From: Botryllus schlosseri
Lineage: Eukaryota
Direction of reading: 5' to 3'
DNA length: 64,000 nt
NCBI GenBank assembly: GCA_051294905.1
Contig: CM119372.1
Location: forward strand, 27,592,001-27,656,000
A program made the position numbers and the translations under genes. Below are positions 26,455 through 40,177 of the stretch, piece by piece; the stretch's first letter is position 1, and every line of letters begins with the position of its first letter. The notes under the pieces are model-generated. The model searched no databases and was not told the DNA's origin. It saw only the letters and a list, made by a program, of their open reading frames with translations.

Positions 26455-26990
26455 GATGCACGTGACGCATTCAGCCCAGACCAGTGATTTAGTGACTGTA
26501 GTCACTGTGCTGCGCCGCCGTACATCTGTCTAAGCCAGGGGTGACCAGCCTTTTCGGCCAAAAGGCCACATGCATTTTGACGAACCAAAGCGCGGTCCCC
26601 TAGCCGCGCAAGGCGCGAAGATTTTCAAAGTTTATAAATCAGTAATATTTTACTTGAGTATATCTGCTGTATATATCTGGGCTCAGTTTGCAAGGACAGG
26701 ACTATTCGGCACTTGCATGGACACATCGATATTGAAAGTTTCGGCCGCCATACGTCAATCATTTTGTTCCCAGGTTTGATCGTCGACAGTCTTTCTGCGA
26801 GCGCAAACGCAAGGTCGCATGTTGGACGACAGTTTTACTCAAAACTACATGTAGTTTAGGGGTAATATATTTTTGTGAAGCAAATTCCGGACACTGTTTA
26901 GCGCCCACTAGCGGATTTAAAAATGGGGTGACATATTGTATGTCAATATGACGTCACAATAGCAAAGCATTGCCCATCGACTGTATACAG

Positions 26991-28938
26991 CAGTGGTAAT
27001 GGTACGTTAAGGTCTTCCAGGTGGTACGCGACTAGATTCTGTTTTTGTCGACCAAACGGAGTTATTAGGTCAGATGGGGTTGATTTTGAGTTTTAGAAGC
27101 CGTCGTCGTCGTGGTAAGGTCGCCGTCGTTGGTAGGGGCTCTCCCACCAGTGACAGACTACCAATGTTCCCTCTAATTTTTCAAGAGTCTGCGCAAACAC
27201 GCCAACTCACTGCGCAGGCCCTCGCACAACAGTGCGCAACCACCCTCCAATAGATTGATAAAACTAACTACTGGGGGGGCTTCGCCCCCCAGACCCCCCC
27301 TACGGCTCTAGGCTTCTTCCGGTACTTATCATGTACATTGGGTGCCCATTTAGTAGTAGCGTTTCTAAACGCGCGAAGCGTGAAAAATTTTCCATAATTT
27401 ATGATTGCATCAGCCAATATGACCGCGAATTGCATATATATTGCTATCAATTTTTATCCTCTACCTGCTCACATAATCAGATTTACCGGTAGAGCTGATC
27501 CAGTGAGGTGTGTTGGTATAGATAGGCCCTCTAAATAATAATAAAATATCTTCGGGCGCACCCGTTGATATAATGACTTCGTTACATGACGCTATTTCGT
27601 GATCCCTTATCTGCTATGTCAAAAGATATTGAAATCGTCAAAACGTACTAAAGTAAAAGACGTACACGATTTCAAATTGCTATTTCTTAACTGGAAAATA
27701 TTGTTCCCTCGATATGGCACTTGTCTTGCTGTGGGACTCGGATCGCCAGGACAGGAACATTGGCCGCCAGCCATTTAGGCGCCCATGTACATGGACAATT
27801 ACATATATATTTGTATATATCGAAGTTTTCGGTCAGCACCGTGGCAGTCTTTTTCGCCCAAGGTTTTCTCGCTGCTGATCGTTCTGACGCACTTCTTGGA
27901 TACGCATGTTACATAGCCTTTAACTTCATATGTCTTGGCGCGTCATGGTGCGGTAATGGCAGACGCCCAACTACCCATTTCTATAGATCATGCCTAATTT
28001 TTGTTGGTAAAGGGTACCCAATAATCCAGATATCTTACAATAGTCAAACGCGCGTAGCGCGAAAAAAATTCCTGGAAAATATCAAAAAATACACCATGAT
28101 TTATGTTAATTCTCGAAATAATTTTGGACCCCCTTCGAGCTCGGCCCCTCCAATTGGAGGGTTTGGGGTGCGAAAGATACGGTACGTAGTAAATCTTACG
28201 CAATGTTCATGCCACGCGAAGAAGACTATCATTCGTTAGTTTCTCGCAAATTAACTTCGAGCTACCCCATTGTTATTGAAAACTTTGTTAAACCATGTTA
28301 TTTCGCCATTCCCAGAAAATAATACGCTATTGAAATGATATCAGTATCGCTCACGTGTACGAGGCAATACTAAAATAATATCTTCCGTGAGGCGCAGGTG
28401 ATTGTGAACTCTAATTTCTTCACGGAGCGCAATAGTTACCTTTGCGGGGCGCACTTGTACCTCGGTTTCAGACTGCAGTGATAACACTATTTGGCCCTGG
28501 CAATGTTCCATCCTAATTTTCACGAATCTGCGCGCTTGCATGGTCCATTGGACAACAGTGCGCAACAACTACAAAAAAAACATCATTTCTGATTTTTTGT
28601 GCGCGGCGTAGATTTTCTGTGCGCAGAGACCATTTCAGCACTGCGCATTTGCGCACGTGCGCAGCTTAGAGGGAACATTGCTGACTACCAAGAAGAGATC
28701 TAGTCGTAAAGCATTGGGACTCTTGCATAACCAAATTCCGTTTTAATATATTTAACCATAAGAATTTCAAATGGATCCACTACAGAAATCATATACTGCG
28801 CCGTAAAATGCACCTCAACATGGTGGAAACATTTTGACCGCCTTCGACACGCCTATATTATGTAGGTGGTACGTGAGCACTGCATAAAACCTCTAAATGG
28901 TACTTGGGCGAAAAAAGGTTGGGAACCACGATCCACTG
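26991..28938. mobile_element. hAT MITE nested in family B
   Basis: CAGTGG...CCACTG ends; TSD GTATACAG/GTATACAA. Confidence 0.7.
27162..28680. mobile_element. hAT MITE family D containing an inverted family-A fragment
   Basis: TIR CAATGTTCCCTCTAA; TSD CAGACTAC/CTGACTAC. Confidence 0.88.
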
Positions 28939-29563
28939 GTATACAAGAATGGAGTGGAACATAGGCCATGAATTAGGCCATCTGTAATATGGGCTCTGGT
29001 AATTGCTACTTGCTAGCGTCTGCAATAGATTTCTCCACTGTCCGAACGAAATCGTCTGGCGGGCCGTGTCTGGCCTGTCGAGGATTTGTTTGACAGCCGT
29101 GCTATGCTGTTAGGTCGGTGCAGCTATCTGGTTTTCTGTTTTAATCAGGTCCGAAACAACATTTTTTCTGCCCCCTTTCGCCGAATAAAAACACCGATCG
29201 TAGGCCCACCATAGGATAGTCGATGTAACTTCTTGGGCACTTACAATATGTATTTGGCTGTTAAATTTTTTGAATGACTTCTGACAATATTATTGATTCT
29301 TCCATATAGTAGGCTACTATAAAATGCACCAGCAGGAAGCACATCCAGTAATTTCCAACTTTTTATGGTCGCGACCTTATTTCCAACTTCAAAATGTTCC
29401 GTGGCCCAGCTCCAAACTTGATAAGCTGATTACTAAAAAAAATCAGCTTGCCCAAACTTGTGGCATAGGAATCTGATTATACGTCCAACATCATCGCGAT
29501 CCCCAGATAAAGGAAAACGACCTCAAAATTCGGAACCACTGTCTGAGACAGAAGCATCTAATC

Positions 29564-30446
29564 TAGGCTTACCATGTTTTGGAAATCTAAACAGAGGACA
29601 CTTTTTCAGAAATTTGAGACTTGCAAAACCAGTCCGCTCAAAGCTCAAAATACCGTTTTTCCCTCCACATTTCCAGGTGGATGACTAAAAAAAAGGTCAT
29701 CTTTTCGCTCAGAGCTAAATTCACCGATTTTCACTCCGAAATACCCGCCGGAGCGTCACTTCTGTGCTAATTTACGGTATTTCACTCGCAATTTCCTCTA
29801 AATCTGACCTAAATTGTCAAAAAAGAGGACAAAATCTCAAAAAAGAGGACAAAAGGGCGTCCTTCGAGGACACTTTCAAAAAAGTCAAAAAAGAGGACAA
29901 ATCCTCCTAAAAGAGGACGTATGGTAACTAGGGCTGGGCAAAATCGACTACCTGAGTGATTCGATTCTGAATCACGTATTACGCTTCGAGTCGAGTCGAG
30001 TATTTGAGTATCACTCATTATGACGTCACAACAGACTGTAATATGTCAAAATTAAGACATGTACCTTTTATGCCACCGCAAAGGATAAAATGCCTGTAAT
30101 CCGTCACATTAAAGATACTTTGGTATTTTTTCGACCATACCAATTTTATTGCACAATGTTGTGGGATGATTACGACTTCGAAAATATGCTATTCCAGTAA
30201 CGTTCACAGCTGTGTACTATGTCTCGTATGCTGCGACACGGCCAATCAAGGTTTCAAGGCTTCCTCAGTGAAAACTAGTATAAAAACTACAATTCTCGTT
30301 GGTACTTTAACTTTCAGTGGCGAGAAGCGGATAATTTCAGTACTCGAAAAAATCGTATTTTACTATTCGACTCGAATCAATAAAATTAATGCTCGATTCA
30401 GATTCGAGTACTCGAATCATTGTGCCCAGCCCTAATGGTAACCCTA
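29564..30446. mobile_element. hAT MITE (GAGGAC subterminal repeats) with family E inserted in its right TIR
   Basis: TAGGCTTACCAT...ATGGTAACCCTA; perfect TSD ATCTAATC. Confidence 0.88.
29929..30434. mobile_element. hAT MITE family E, copy 2
   Basis: TAGGGCTGGGCA termini; perfect TSD ATGGTAAC. Confidence 0.92.
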
Positions 30447-31167
30447 ATCTAATCGGCCTTAACCAACTCTAGTTATTAATCGTTAGCTTATAATTGCGAT
30501 TAAAATCAGATTTATTTCAGTATATGATAGTTATTTTTATTTATTTTCATTGTTAATTAGGCTAAGGTGGTACCTGGTGTCCATACTATCAATATACGTT
30601 GCATTAACTCGCGCGCGGTGCAAAGAAAGAATTTTGAATAGCATAAATCTGCTTAAAAATAATATTGTTTATGTTGATTTACGAAAAATTTTGAAGCCTA
30701 CTTCAAGGCCTCAAAATTCCCGACATTTAGGCATATTTTAAAAATTCCCCCCGGACGCAGATTTTTCAGTGAAATTCCGGACATGTCTGGGAAATTCCGG
30801 ACGTATGGCAACCCTAATATAGTTAGACTCATAGACTCAATCTGGTACATCAGGCGTTTTTTTTTTTCACTTCAAAAAGCGTAACAATATTAAAAGCAAG
30901 TAATCGAGTGACAACATATTGCGCGAAGAGTGAAGAAAATTTGTACTTCAGGTGAATCGGCCCCAAAATATTCAACTGTATTGTAACGTACTAAGATCAA
31001 CCAAAATGTGACTTGCCCATGCATCTGCGAATGCATCGGAACTGTTTTTTAGTCATCAACATCCCAAGTGTTGCAGCCAGCCTAAAAAAATTGTTTGGCC
31101 TTGCAAGTTAATAATCAGGGCAATCCATTTTTGATAATAAATAATTATTTTTGAAAATTGTCTAGAG

Positions 31168-32639
31168 CAGGTGTTCTCAACCTTTTTGGCTTCGCGGACC
31201 CCCTTTGACCGTCACGGACCCTCGCGGACCCCCTCCAGTTTTAGTTCAATTTTAGCTGTATTATGGTGCAACCTTCATCCGTTTTGTGCAAATATGAATT
31301 GTAGGCTTGTGATAAACAGCAAAATATTGATTTTTCTTGAAAATAACGTCATATACTATTTATGTATAAATTGGTAGACTTTGAATATTTCAAAGCTAAT
31401 TTTGCTGCTGTGTTTCTTGAAGTAAGTGGTCGTGTCTTGAAAATCCACGTCTTCGTTTTGATATGAACGAGGAGTTCCGAAAATCATTTCCGCAAAGATA
31501 GATGGAGGCTAATGCAATATTAACTATAACGCTTCCGACTATACGTTTGGTGTGATTGCAACATTTATGGCACCAAAATGAAGAAACATATATTTTATGA
31601 ACGTATCACGCCCAGCATCTGGCGCAGGGACTGGCAACATACGCACCGCGGGTCGGATGGGCCCGCGACGGCATTTTGATCGGCCCGCAGAGAGTTTCTA
31701 CCGTCAAAGTGAAATCCTAATCTAAAAGTATATAGACAAATTTTATGCGCCAAAGAATGGATCCAAGTTTTCCAACCTGAGAATGACTGTAATGAAACGA
31801 CTTGTTCTGTTCGAGCAAACATTTGCGACCATGAACTATTGAACATTAACACGACAAGGCTGCGTACCAATATAACTGGTGATATGAATTTCAGGGTTGG
31901 AGCGTAATGCTTTGACAGCAACGAAACACTCCTTGTTCATCAAAAAACCAGCCTTGTCGATAGGGCATCCGCAATAAGAATGCGCCAAATCTGATAGCCG
32001 AGCTTTAAGAGTAGGTATATCATTGTCCGATTTATGACGAGTGTCAGCCGTAAATATTCGGGTTCATTTCAATATGAATATACTATTTAATTGTATATTG
32101 AATTTCTGTACCTCCAGGAAAGCTATTCAAATAGTGGTTATGTATATTACAGGATCAAATGGATTTCGTGGCGAGGTTTCAATCCCTGCATTGGGAAAAA
32201 TTAGGGAAATACTTCGTAAATTTTTATTTCAAACGACTGTTCACTAATTTGATGAGACTGACAACTTTAAATCGAGAAGGTTTCGCAGACATTACGAAGT
32301 CACCCTGATTGATGTTACTATCTACATATTTTTATTTTTACCACAAACCCCAACGAAACGTCGCTAAACAGCAATATGTTTGTATCAGCAGGTTATTGGA
32401 AAATTGGCGATGAAAATGAATTTCCACACTACGATAGCTCATGTCAGACGATTATTATGATGATATGAGTCATGAGGTTTTAGCAGTTGTGGTGCGAAAC
32501 TGCCTCATGCTTTTTCAAAATAAAAAATAAAATAAAAATTAGGTTATCAACCATTTTAAAAATTTAGAGGTCTCGCGGACCCCCTGAAATTGCTTCGCGG
32601 ACCCCTAGGGGTCCGCGGATCCCCGGTTGAGAACCACTG
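31168..32639. mobile_element. hAT MITE family F (CGCGGACCCC subterminal repeats)
   Basis: Perfect TSD GTCTAGAG; inverted homolog at 44436-45368. Confidence 0.9.
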
Positions 32640-33019
32640 GTCTAGAGGGCCACTCAAAACCTTCTTGCGGGTCACTTGTGGTCCGCAGGCGACGGGTTGA
32701 CCGCCCCTGGTCTAAGCCCTAACTTTTATGTTTGTATTTTACATGTGCGTGCGTACCAGACTGCCGCTGCATTAATTATATATACTGCACAGGAGGTGGC
32801 CTGACAGAAAGATTAAGAAATTAATTCCGAAAATAACAGCTTCCATAGAGTTCGAATGCATATAGGTACTAAAAACGAAACGCTGGGTCGATGTGCTAAC
32901 GAATACAGTAGCGAGTCGCCGAAATGAAGCGTTACGAATCTGAAGAGAAAACATCGGGTTTGCCCTTCAATCTACAGTAACAATGGATCCTCGGCCGCCA
33001 GAAACAGAAACTGTATACG

Positions 33020-33240
33020 ATGGGAATCCGACAGAGGTCGACTCCAGAATTCCTACGTAAGTGCTGGAGGTTTATGAAGGCTCCTTCTCGACATTTGATC
33101 CGCGTAAGCGATATTTTTAATAATGCCTATAAATGGGTCGTGCAAACGTCGGCAGATACGAAATAAAACTATAGAAAATCGACCTGGTGTAAATGACGAT
33201 TGTAGTACCACGAACAAATAAATTGTACTACCACAAACAA
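33020..33240 (+). mobile_element. Degenerate tRNA-SINE copy
   Basis: GAGGTCGACTCC...GTGCTGGAGGTTTA...GGTGTAAATGAC matches the SINE body. Confidence 0.65.
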
Positions 33241-34264
33241 CTAAGTATTTGATTTATTTCGAATTTGGGTAACATTTACTGAAGTTCGCTGCTCAGTCGA
33301 AAAGTTTTGAGTGGAATAAATTTGACGATGTTAACTTATTGTTTGCTGCAAGAAAATGAAAGACGAGAGCTTCGTTACCTGTCTTCCACATGAGAATATC
33401 AAACATTAGGACGATCGCGTGTTACAGTAGGCCTAGTGCGATCATCGTAGTAATTATATTGAGAGTTTGTTTTAATTTTAATCGCGGAAGTTCATTGCAG
33501 AACGAAATATGGATGAGCATTGTCAGTTTCACGCAATATGAATGGGGAGATTACTTGATAAGCAGTAGCTGCTAATTAAGAGCGAGTTGATATTTTATAA
33601 TTTCTTGATATTCACCATTTTCTTGTTCGATTGACTCTTTTAAGGCAGTCACAACCTTTCCATGATTTTTGTTGTCCTGAAAATGAAATCAATTTAATAA
33701 TCGTTCGTTTGTCGGCCTGATTTGTCTAGTTATCATACAAATGAAGCTTTCAGAATCATGCATGCCAATCATCAGCTTTCCGAACATCAGAACGAAGCGT
33801 TAACACAAATTCTATGCATGGATGATGAATGGTGGATGATGACATTGCACTGTAGTGCTGATCAGCAAATTCTTCATAGCAAAGGATTTGAAATAATTAG
33901 GCTATTTGGATCTAGGTCAGTCAGCTGATTCATTCTCTCATAAAAGCGATTGAAGTGCTCAAAGAAGCAGTTTTACTGGACAACATTAAATATGAATAAG
34001 TTCGTAACTCATATTCGAATCTGTTGAAAGGGAGATGGTATACAAACAAAACTACGTTGGTCAATATTGCTAGTATATACAACTTTATTCAACTCCAAAT
34101 AAATGTAGAAGTAGTAAAAGAACTACTTTACTTATGACACCTGACTTTTGAACGTCGACAACGATATAACGTGATTGCCGAAGGGGAATCAGCCCAACCA
34201 GTCTGGAATCAATGTGTTATTGATGCACACCTCTGAATATATTCATCATATTGAAAATGCTCAC

Positions 34265-34323
34265 GTCACAATTTCCAACAGAACTCCAGCGTCCATTAAT
34301 GTACCTTCTTGCGCAGAATAGAT
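34265..34323 (-). CDS. Possible 59-bp exon, C-type-lectin-like fragment
   Basis: Acceptor CTTTCTATTTTCAG and donor GTGAGC flank LFCARRYINGRWSSVGNCD; no partner exons found. Confidence 0.25.
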
Positions 34324-34372
34324 CTGAAAATAGAAAGATGTGAAAGGTCAGACCAAGAAATCAAGTATATAG

Positions 34373-34648
34373 GTTTGTTTGTTTTGGGGTATTCATGGCG
34401 TTTGTCGACTACTATGGTCATTTACACCAGAGCGATATTCTTCTTATTCTCCGTAACTGCCGACTTATAGCACGGCCCACCTCTAGGCTTTTTGTAAGAC
34501 ACCGCCGACGCGGATGAGGTGGCGAGGAGGAGCCTAGGTAAACCTCCAACACTTAGGTATCGGAATTCGGAAGTCAACCTCGGTCGGACTCGAGCCCGCA
34601 CCCATTGGTGTTGCAGCCGCGGATTACACCACTGCGCTATCTCGCCAC
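34373..34648 (-). mobile_element. tRNA-derived SINE, best-preserved copy
   Basis: A box TAGCGCAGTGG, B box GGCTCGAGTCC, (CAAA)n tail, 13-bp TSD ATCAAGTATATAG/ATAAAATATATAG. Confidence 0.85.
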
Positions 34649-36001
34649 ATAAAATATATAGGTAATTATACCTCTATCTCGTACGAAGTAACTCTCGTTG
34701 AGATTCCGAGCCGTTACGCAGGCGTCCGAACGTGAACCTAACTTTTTTGGGGTGATTTTATTGTGTAAGCATGTCATGTATTACTGAGTAATATATTATT
34801 GTAACCCTCCTTATACAAATGGATGAAAATAAAGCCGTATCACCCCATTACCAGATGAAAAATATGATGCATGACTTATGACGTACAATATTATCAATCA
34901 AGTTGCCTCGGCATATTTACGCCGAAAGAACGGCTCGATCACTTCAACTTAAACTGTGGACCAGTGGTTCTTAACCTTTTTTCTTCCAGCGCCCCCTTTA
35001 AGAAATTTCAAGAACCGAGCGCCCCCCACATACTTTAAAGATTGTACTAAAAGTATGGGATGAGGTCGAAGTCCGATAGGTCTTTTCTGGTGTGGATTTT
35101 ACTATTGAAAATATTTCACGCTTGAATCGTGCCCAATGACCACTCGACTCATAAACGTTATAATCGTTTTATGTACAATATTCATGATCAAATTAAGGTT
35201 ATTGTAACAACAACCATCAGGTGCGGGCTCGGGTTCATATACCGTCTTGTTCGAACCCAATGTTTAGTCTACACATGGCGTCTACACCTCTGACAATGTT
35301 GAGACGGGGAAGTTTATAGTATTGGTTTCTTTTTCATTGCTTTGTACGACTAGTAAATCAACTGAAAATGTGGTTTAGACCTGTGCTAACACTGCATTTA
35401 TTTTGCTAAAATTGAGGGAATATTGCACCGAGTTATTAACATGAAAATGCATTTAGGCTACTCTGAACAAGGCAACCCATATTGTATAACCCACATGCGG
35501 GGTTGTGCATCAGAACGCTAATACAAAATCATCCACTATAGTACGATTAGGAAGTTATGTTGTAGCTCACCAACGCAAGGATATAGTACCAGTTTATCAT
35601 TTTGGTCAAAAAGCATCAGAGGGCTCTCCCTGAAGTGGTACCGTGCCGATTTCGAATCATTGTGCACGCCAAGATACAATGACTAGTTCGAAACATGTCG
35701 ACGAAACAACCGTATTTCGTGTGACCGAAGTGTGCTCAAGGCAAATTTATGATCAAAAGCAGACGTATGAAGCTCGTTATCTTCATTCTATACATCAGTG
35801 GTTCTTAAACTTTTCTGCCACAGCGGCCTTTTTACAGATCCCTGAACTTTAACACCCCTGCACTATCAAGACTGCAAAAAATATGATACGCAATACTTGG
35901 GAGCTGCATCGGATTCCGCATATCATAATACACAACTTAATACAATTAAGAAATTCTACAAAACGAAATTTATTTACAATTCAAAAATAGGAGGTATGTC
36001 T

Positions 36002-38899
36002 TTAATGACTGCCTTGGGCTTGGTGTGAGTTAGCCAACTGAGCTATGTCAGGCTCAATACTAGATAGACATAGTCTCAGATCACCTCTTCTAGATATTTG
36101 CAATCTATTTCTTTGCTTCGTTAGTAGATGCAATACCGAACTGAAGCCTTTCTCTACCAGATATGACGACGGAAATGCTAACAGCAATAGCTTGGTTATA
36201 TCCCAAAGACGAGGATATTCAACTTGTTTCCTAGGCCAGAAATCTTCATACCCAATCTGCAGAAACAACAATTCACTCTCAAAGTCATTTTTCAAGTCAA
36301 TAAGTTCTTCAGCTACACTAGCATCACAATTGTTTACTTCAGATTTGAATGGATTTATTACCCATTCTGGTATCTTTAGCTCTTTGAGATCTATAAATCT
36401 GATCATCAAATCTTCTTTTAGTGATTGCAAATGACACGAATAGCAGTCTAAGTCAGGCTTTGTCACATGTGAATCGTCGATTTGGTTTTCTTGCAAGGCT
36501 TTCAATTTAGGAAATTGAGTCAAATCATGCCTCAGTAAAGAAGCCCGGTAAAAATCCAATTTGCTAATGAATGCCATAACAATTCCCTTTGCTTTGATGA
36601 GACACATCTTGATACCTTGCAATTTCCTGTTGACCTCATTTAACTTGCTGAAAATTTCGGACAAATACGCGACGTCTGCCCTTCTGCTCTTCAAATCGGA
36701 GCTAGATGTCTGATCCAACATTTTAAGGTTGATGAAATCGATAACAGAATCGAAAAGGTCATAGAAGCGTTCGAGACATCTGCCTTTTGAGAGCCACTGG
36801 ACTTCTGTATGAAGCAAGAGCCGCTCAAATTCTTCGTCATTGTCATGACGAAGTTTGCGAAATATGCGGTCATTCAATGAATGAGCTTTGATCGTGTTCA
36901 CGGCTCTAACAACAACCTGCAGGGTCTCATGTAATCTGTCGCTGATGTGCTTTGCTGCTAGATGTTGTCTGTGAATGACGCAGTGTATCGTGAATATGTC
37001 AGGAACTTCTTTTTTCAAATGTGCAATGAATCCTCGATGCCGTCCAACCATTGATGGTGCGCCATCTGTTGCATACGCAATGATATTCGACATGGCCAGG
37101 GTTACCATATTTCAGCAACCCAAATTCGGGACACTCTTTAGCGCCCACTATTCGATTTCAAATTGGATTGTGACGTCACACTAGCAACGCTTTGCTCATA
37201 GATCTGAGGTTGTCACGGTCCGGCTCAGGAGTATGTGGCAGTGTGTTGTGGAACCGGGACCAAAACCACATGTTTTAGCCCCCTCCCGCCCAAATAAACA
37301 ATGATTTTGAGCCCACACTATGGGGTAATCGATGCAGCTTCTGGGCGACTCCGCCTCCAATTTGAAAATGTTCCTTGGCCCAGATCAGAATTTCAAGGGC
37401 GTAGTACAGAGTTTCCGCAATGGATCCACCACAGTTCTATTGTTCAGATTTAAGACATGATATAATATATAGAATATATAAATTGGTAGGAATTTAGTGA
37501 ACAAGACATTCTGGTATTTTAGCCAAAGGATCTTCATCCGTAAACTGTCATAGGCGGGCTTGACCCTACCGACAAGAATTTAAAGCATGGGTGTTTTGGG
37601 TAGATATTTTGTAACATAAAATCTGGGAGCATATAGGATAAAGAGTTCTTATGGGAAGATGAAGTATAAATAAAGGTAAAGTCATAATAAGGAAATAAGA
37701 TTAACAAAATAATTTATAGTATAAGCAGAGGGTAATAATATAGTAGCATGAATATGACTCAGTCCAAAGCAACTCTACCATGGCATCTCACGTCGTCAGG
37801 GGTGGTAAAGATGTAGGTAGGGCGTATTAGCCTCTCCTTTTCTGTAGCAAATACCGGTAATGCTTACGGCAGAGGGATTATAACAATTTTGAGTGAGTTT
37901 AAATAAATGAACTTGAATGGGGGGTGAATTTCAACGAAAATGGTTGATTTCAAATCGTATTTTAACACACTACTGATTCGAAATCAGACAAAAGCAATAC
38001 ATTTTTGAAAAGAACTAGTTTCATACTTTAGGATTCTGCAATAAAAAAAAAAAATTGGAAAATTTTGTTAGTTCAGCTGTACCTTACGGCCTTAAAAAGC
38101 GGGACGTTTGGCTGACTGGTCGGGACGCCGGGACAAGACGTTAAAAAGCGGGACTATCCCGCCTAAAACGGGACGTATGGTAAGCCTACATGGGGATATG
38201 TTTCTGCTTGAAAAAAAAAATTCGACTGTCTTATAAATCGTCGAGCCTTTGGTGTCGACCTTTGATTGCTCCGCAAACAGAAACTCTTCTACAATTTGAA
38301 AAGTGGAGCTAACATAGCGCACATAGCCCATAAGCAAAGCTTGGTTATCGCGTAGCGTTGTCTCGTCAAGTTGCAGGGAAAATTGCGTTGTTTTGAGTTC
38401 ACTACAGAGTTTATTTTCAACGTCATTTGCCATTTCGTCTATTCGGGAAGACACAATGCTATTACTCAACGGAATTGAACTTGTAACATATTTTTGATAG
38501 CTCATCATGGTACTGATGATTTCTTTTAACAGCTGGTATAATGAGACGCTCACCAATGGTGTGCGATAATCCACATTGTGCAATGAGCTTTCATATTTTG
38601 TAAGATGCAATAAGTCCTTGCTCAACTTCCTTTCTGGATGACTTTATTAGACACCCAACAGTAAGACGTTTTTCAAGTTTTGCTTTCAGAATCCGAAAAT
38701 ATCCGATATCCTTGTTGGCTTTTTCTGGACGCCTAGTCATCAAATGATCCATCATTCTGGAAGGCTTCATACCTTCATTCGTAAACGTTTTCTCGCATAT
38801 TAAACACATCGGTAATTGTTCATTGTCCACAGATGGAATTACACCATATTTTAGGTATTCCTTTGCGTATTGACGGCATTTCCGCTTTTGAATACTCAT
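36002..38899 (-). pseudogene. hAT transposase pseudogene interrupted by a family-B MITE and frameshifted
   Basis: PMCLICEK...MKPS, LQLDETT, ATDGAPSM, HCVIHRQHL, WLSKG, FPSSYLVEKGFS, QAQGSH. Confidence 0.9.
37097..38188. mobile_element. Family-B MITE inserted in the transposase
   Basis: CAGGGTTACCAT...ATGGTAAGCCTA; CATGG on both flanks; transposase RNI-PM-SNII is joined across it. Confidence 0.82.
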
Positions 38900-40177
38900 C
38901 TCAGGTTTGGTAATTATTAGTTCAATCAACTGAGCTAACAGTGATAAATATAAGTCAATGCTACAGTTCATATACTAACTTTCAATTGGTAATGACGAAG
39001 AAATACGCCAACGTATGCAAAACATTTCTGCACCTCACGTTTCCAGTAGTTTACCATTTGCTCCACTGCCATATAACAGGCAACTCACGTTGTGTATAAA
39101 GCAACTGAGCTCAATATAAGACCAGACACTGCAGATTATGACGCAACTGGAAAGATGATTATGCCAGGCAAGACGTGCTAAAGATCAAATTACTAGCAGA
39201 CCGTAACACAGTTACACTTCAATAACAGTATCTTGATTGTACCCAATTGACCCTCGGTCAACAATATATGCACTCATTTCAACTACATAAGCAATTTGCA
39301 GTGTTGAAATGTCATATTACTTTTTCAGTCTTTCCGCCCCCCTTAGCGCCCCCTTGAGTCTTTCCGCCCCCCATATCGCCCCCTGATAGTTTCCGCCCCT
39401 TGAAATCCTCACAGCGCCCCCTGAGGGGCGCTGGCGGCAAGTTTAAGAACCACTGCTGTAGACGGAGTAGGTGTTGTTTGAAGGTACACTCAACGAAGTT
39501 AAGATGTGAATTCGTAGTCCATATGTGTTTTTGGTATAGGTATTTGCAATTTCATCTTGGAACTTTATTGCGAAAAAGCAAAACACGCATGGAAATGGAT
39601 AAACATCGTATATGTTACACGACCACATATCGATGGTATTCTTATTCAGGCTTCATATAGTACACGGCTGGAGTGGGCGTGCGTGATTCGATTTTAGGTT
39701 ATTCGATTACGTCCTGTGTAGGGCGTAGACTGCGTTGTGATGATCGGTGTACAAATCGATGTTGATGGCATCGCGTGTCGAGCGTATCTGGATTTGAAAC
39801 AAGAGGGGCGTGGTCAAGCTTATATTCTAGCTCATGAAATGATATCCCTAGACATCAGGTGTTCTTGAAGTATAGGTAGCGAACCGAATACGGGTCACGA
39901 CGGGTATAATTTTGGGTTGCGACGGCGTAAGAGCAATCTTTTCATAGGCGTGTCATATTCATTGAATTTTAATGTACAGGTGTTCAACGATCTGGTCAAC
40001 CTGTTCCGCATCGGGAAACATGAAGACATCAAGTTTTTGCCAACATACCACTGGGCAAGGTGTGGTGACAAAAAAAATCGGCGACGATACAACCTTCGCC
40101 GAAAACGACCGTCGCTGGTTGGCTAAAACCTTCAATATGTACGGTCGTCGAAATGGTCGGCATCGAATAGTCCAAGT

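Larger units (their letters stand above)
26857..30816. mobile_element. Long family-B element with nested MITEs
   Basis: TAGGG...GGCAACCCTA ends; TSD ATGTAGTT/ATATAGTT; inverted homolog at about 43538-45830. Confidence 0.8.
26536..32709. mobile_element. Family-C-like hAT MITE expanded to 6.2 kb by nested insertions
   Basis: CAGGGG termini; perfect TSD GTCTAAGC (26528-26535, 32710-32717). Confidence 0.88.
34962..39455 (-). mobile_element. hAT (Buster/Charlie, ZBED5-like) transposon, decayed
   Basis: TIR CAGTGGTTCTTAA at both ends; TSD CTGTGGAC/CTGTAGAC; extra internal TIR at 35796. Confidence 0.82.

Noticed and set aside
27721..28239. 172-aa ORF and similar ORFs in family-A copies
   Set aside because: Frames are not conserved between copies and no domain is recognisable
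33735..33790. Minus-strand CTGATGA...GAAAGCTTC hammerhead-like core
   Set aside because: Stems I and II do not pair
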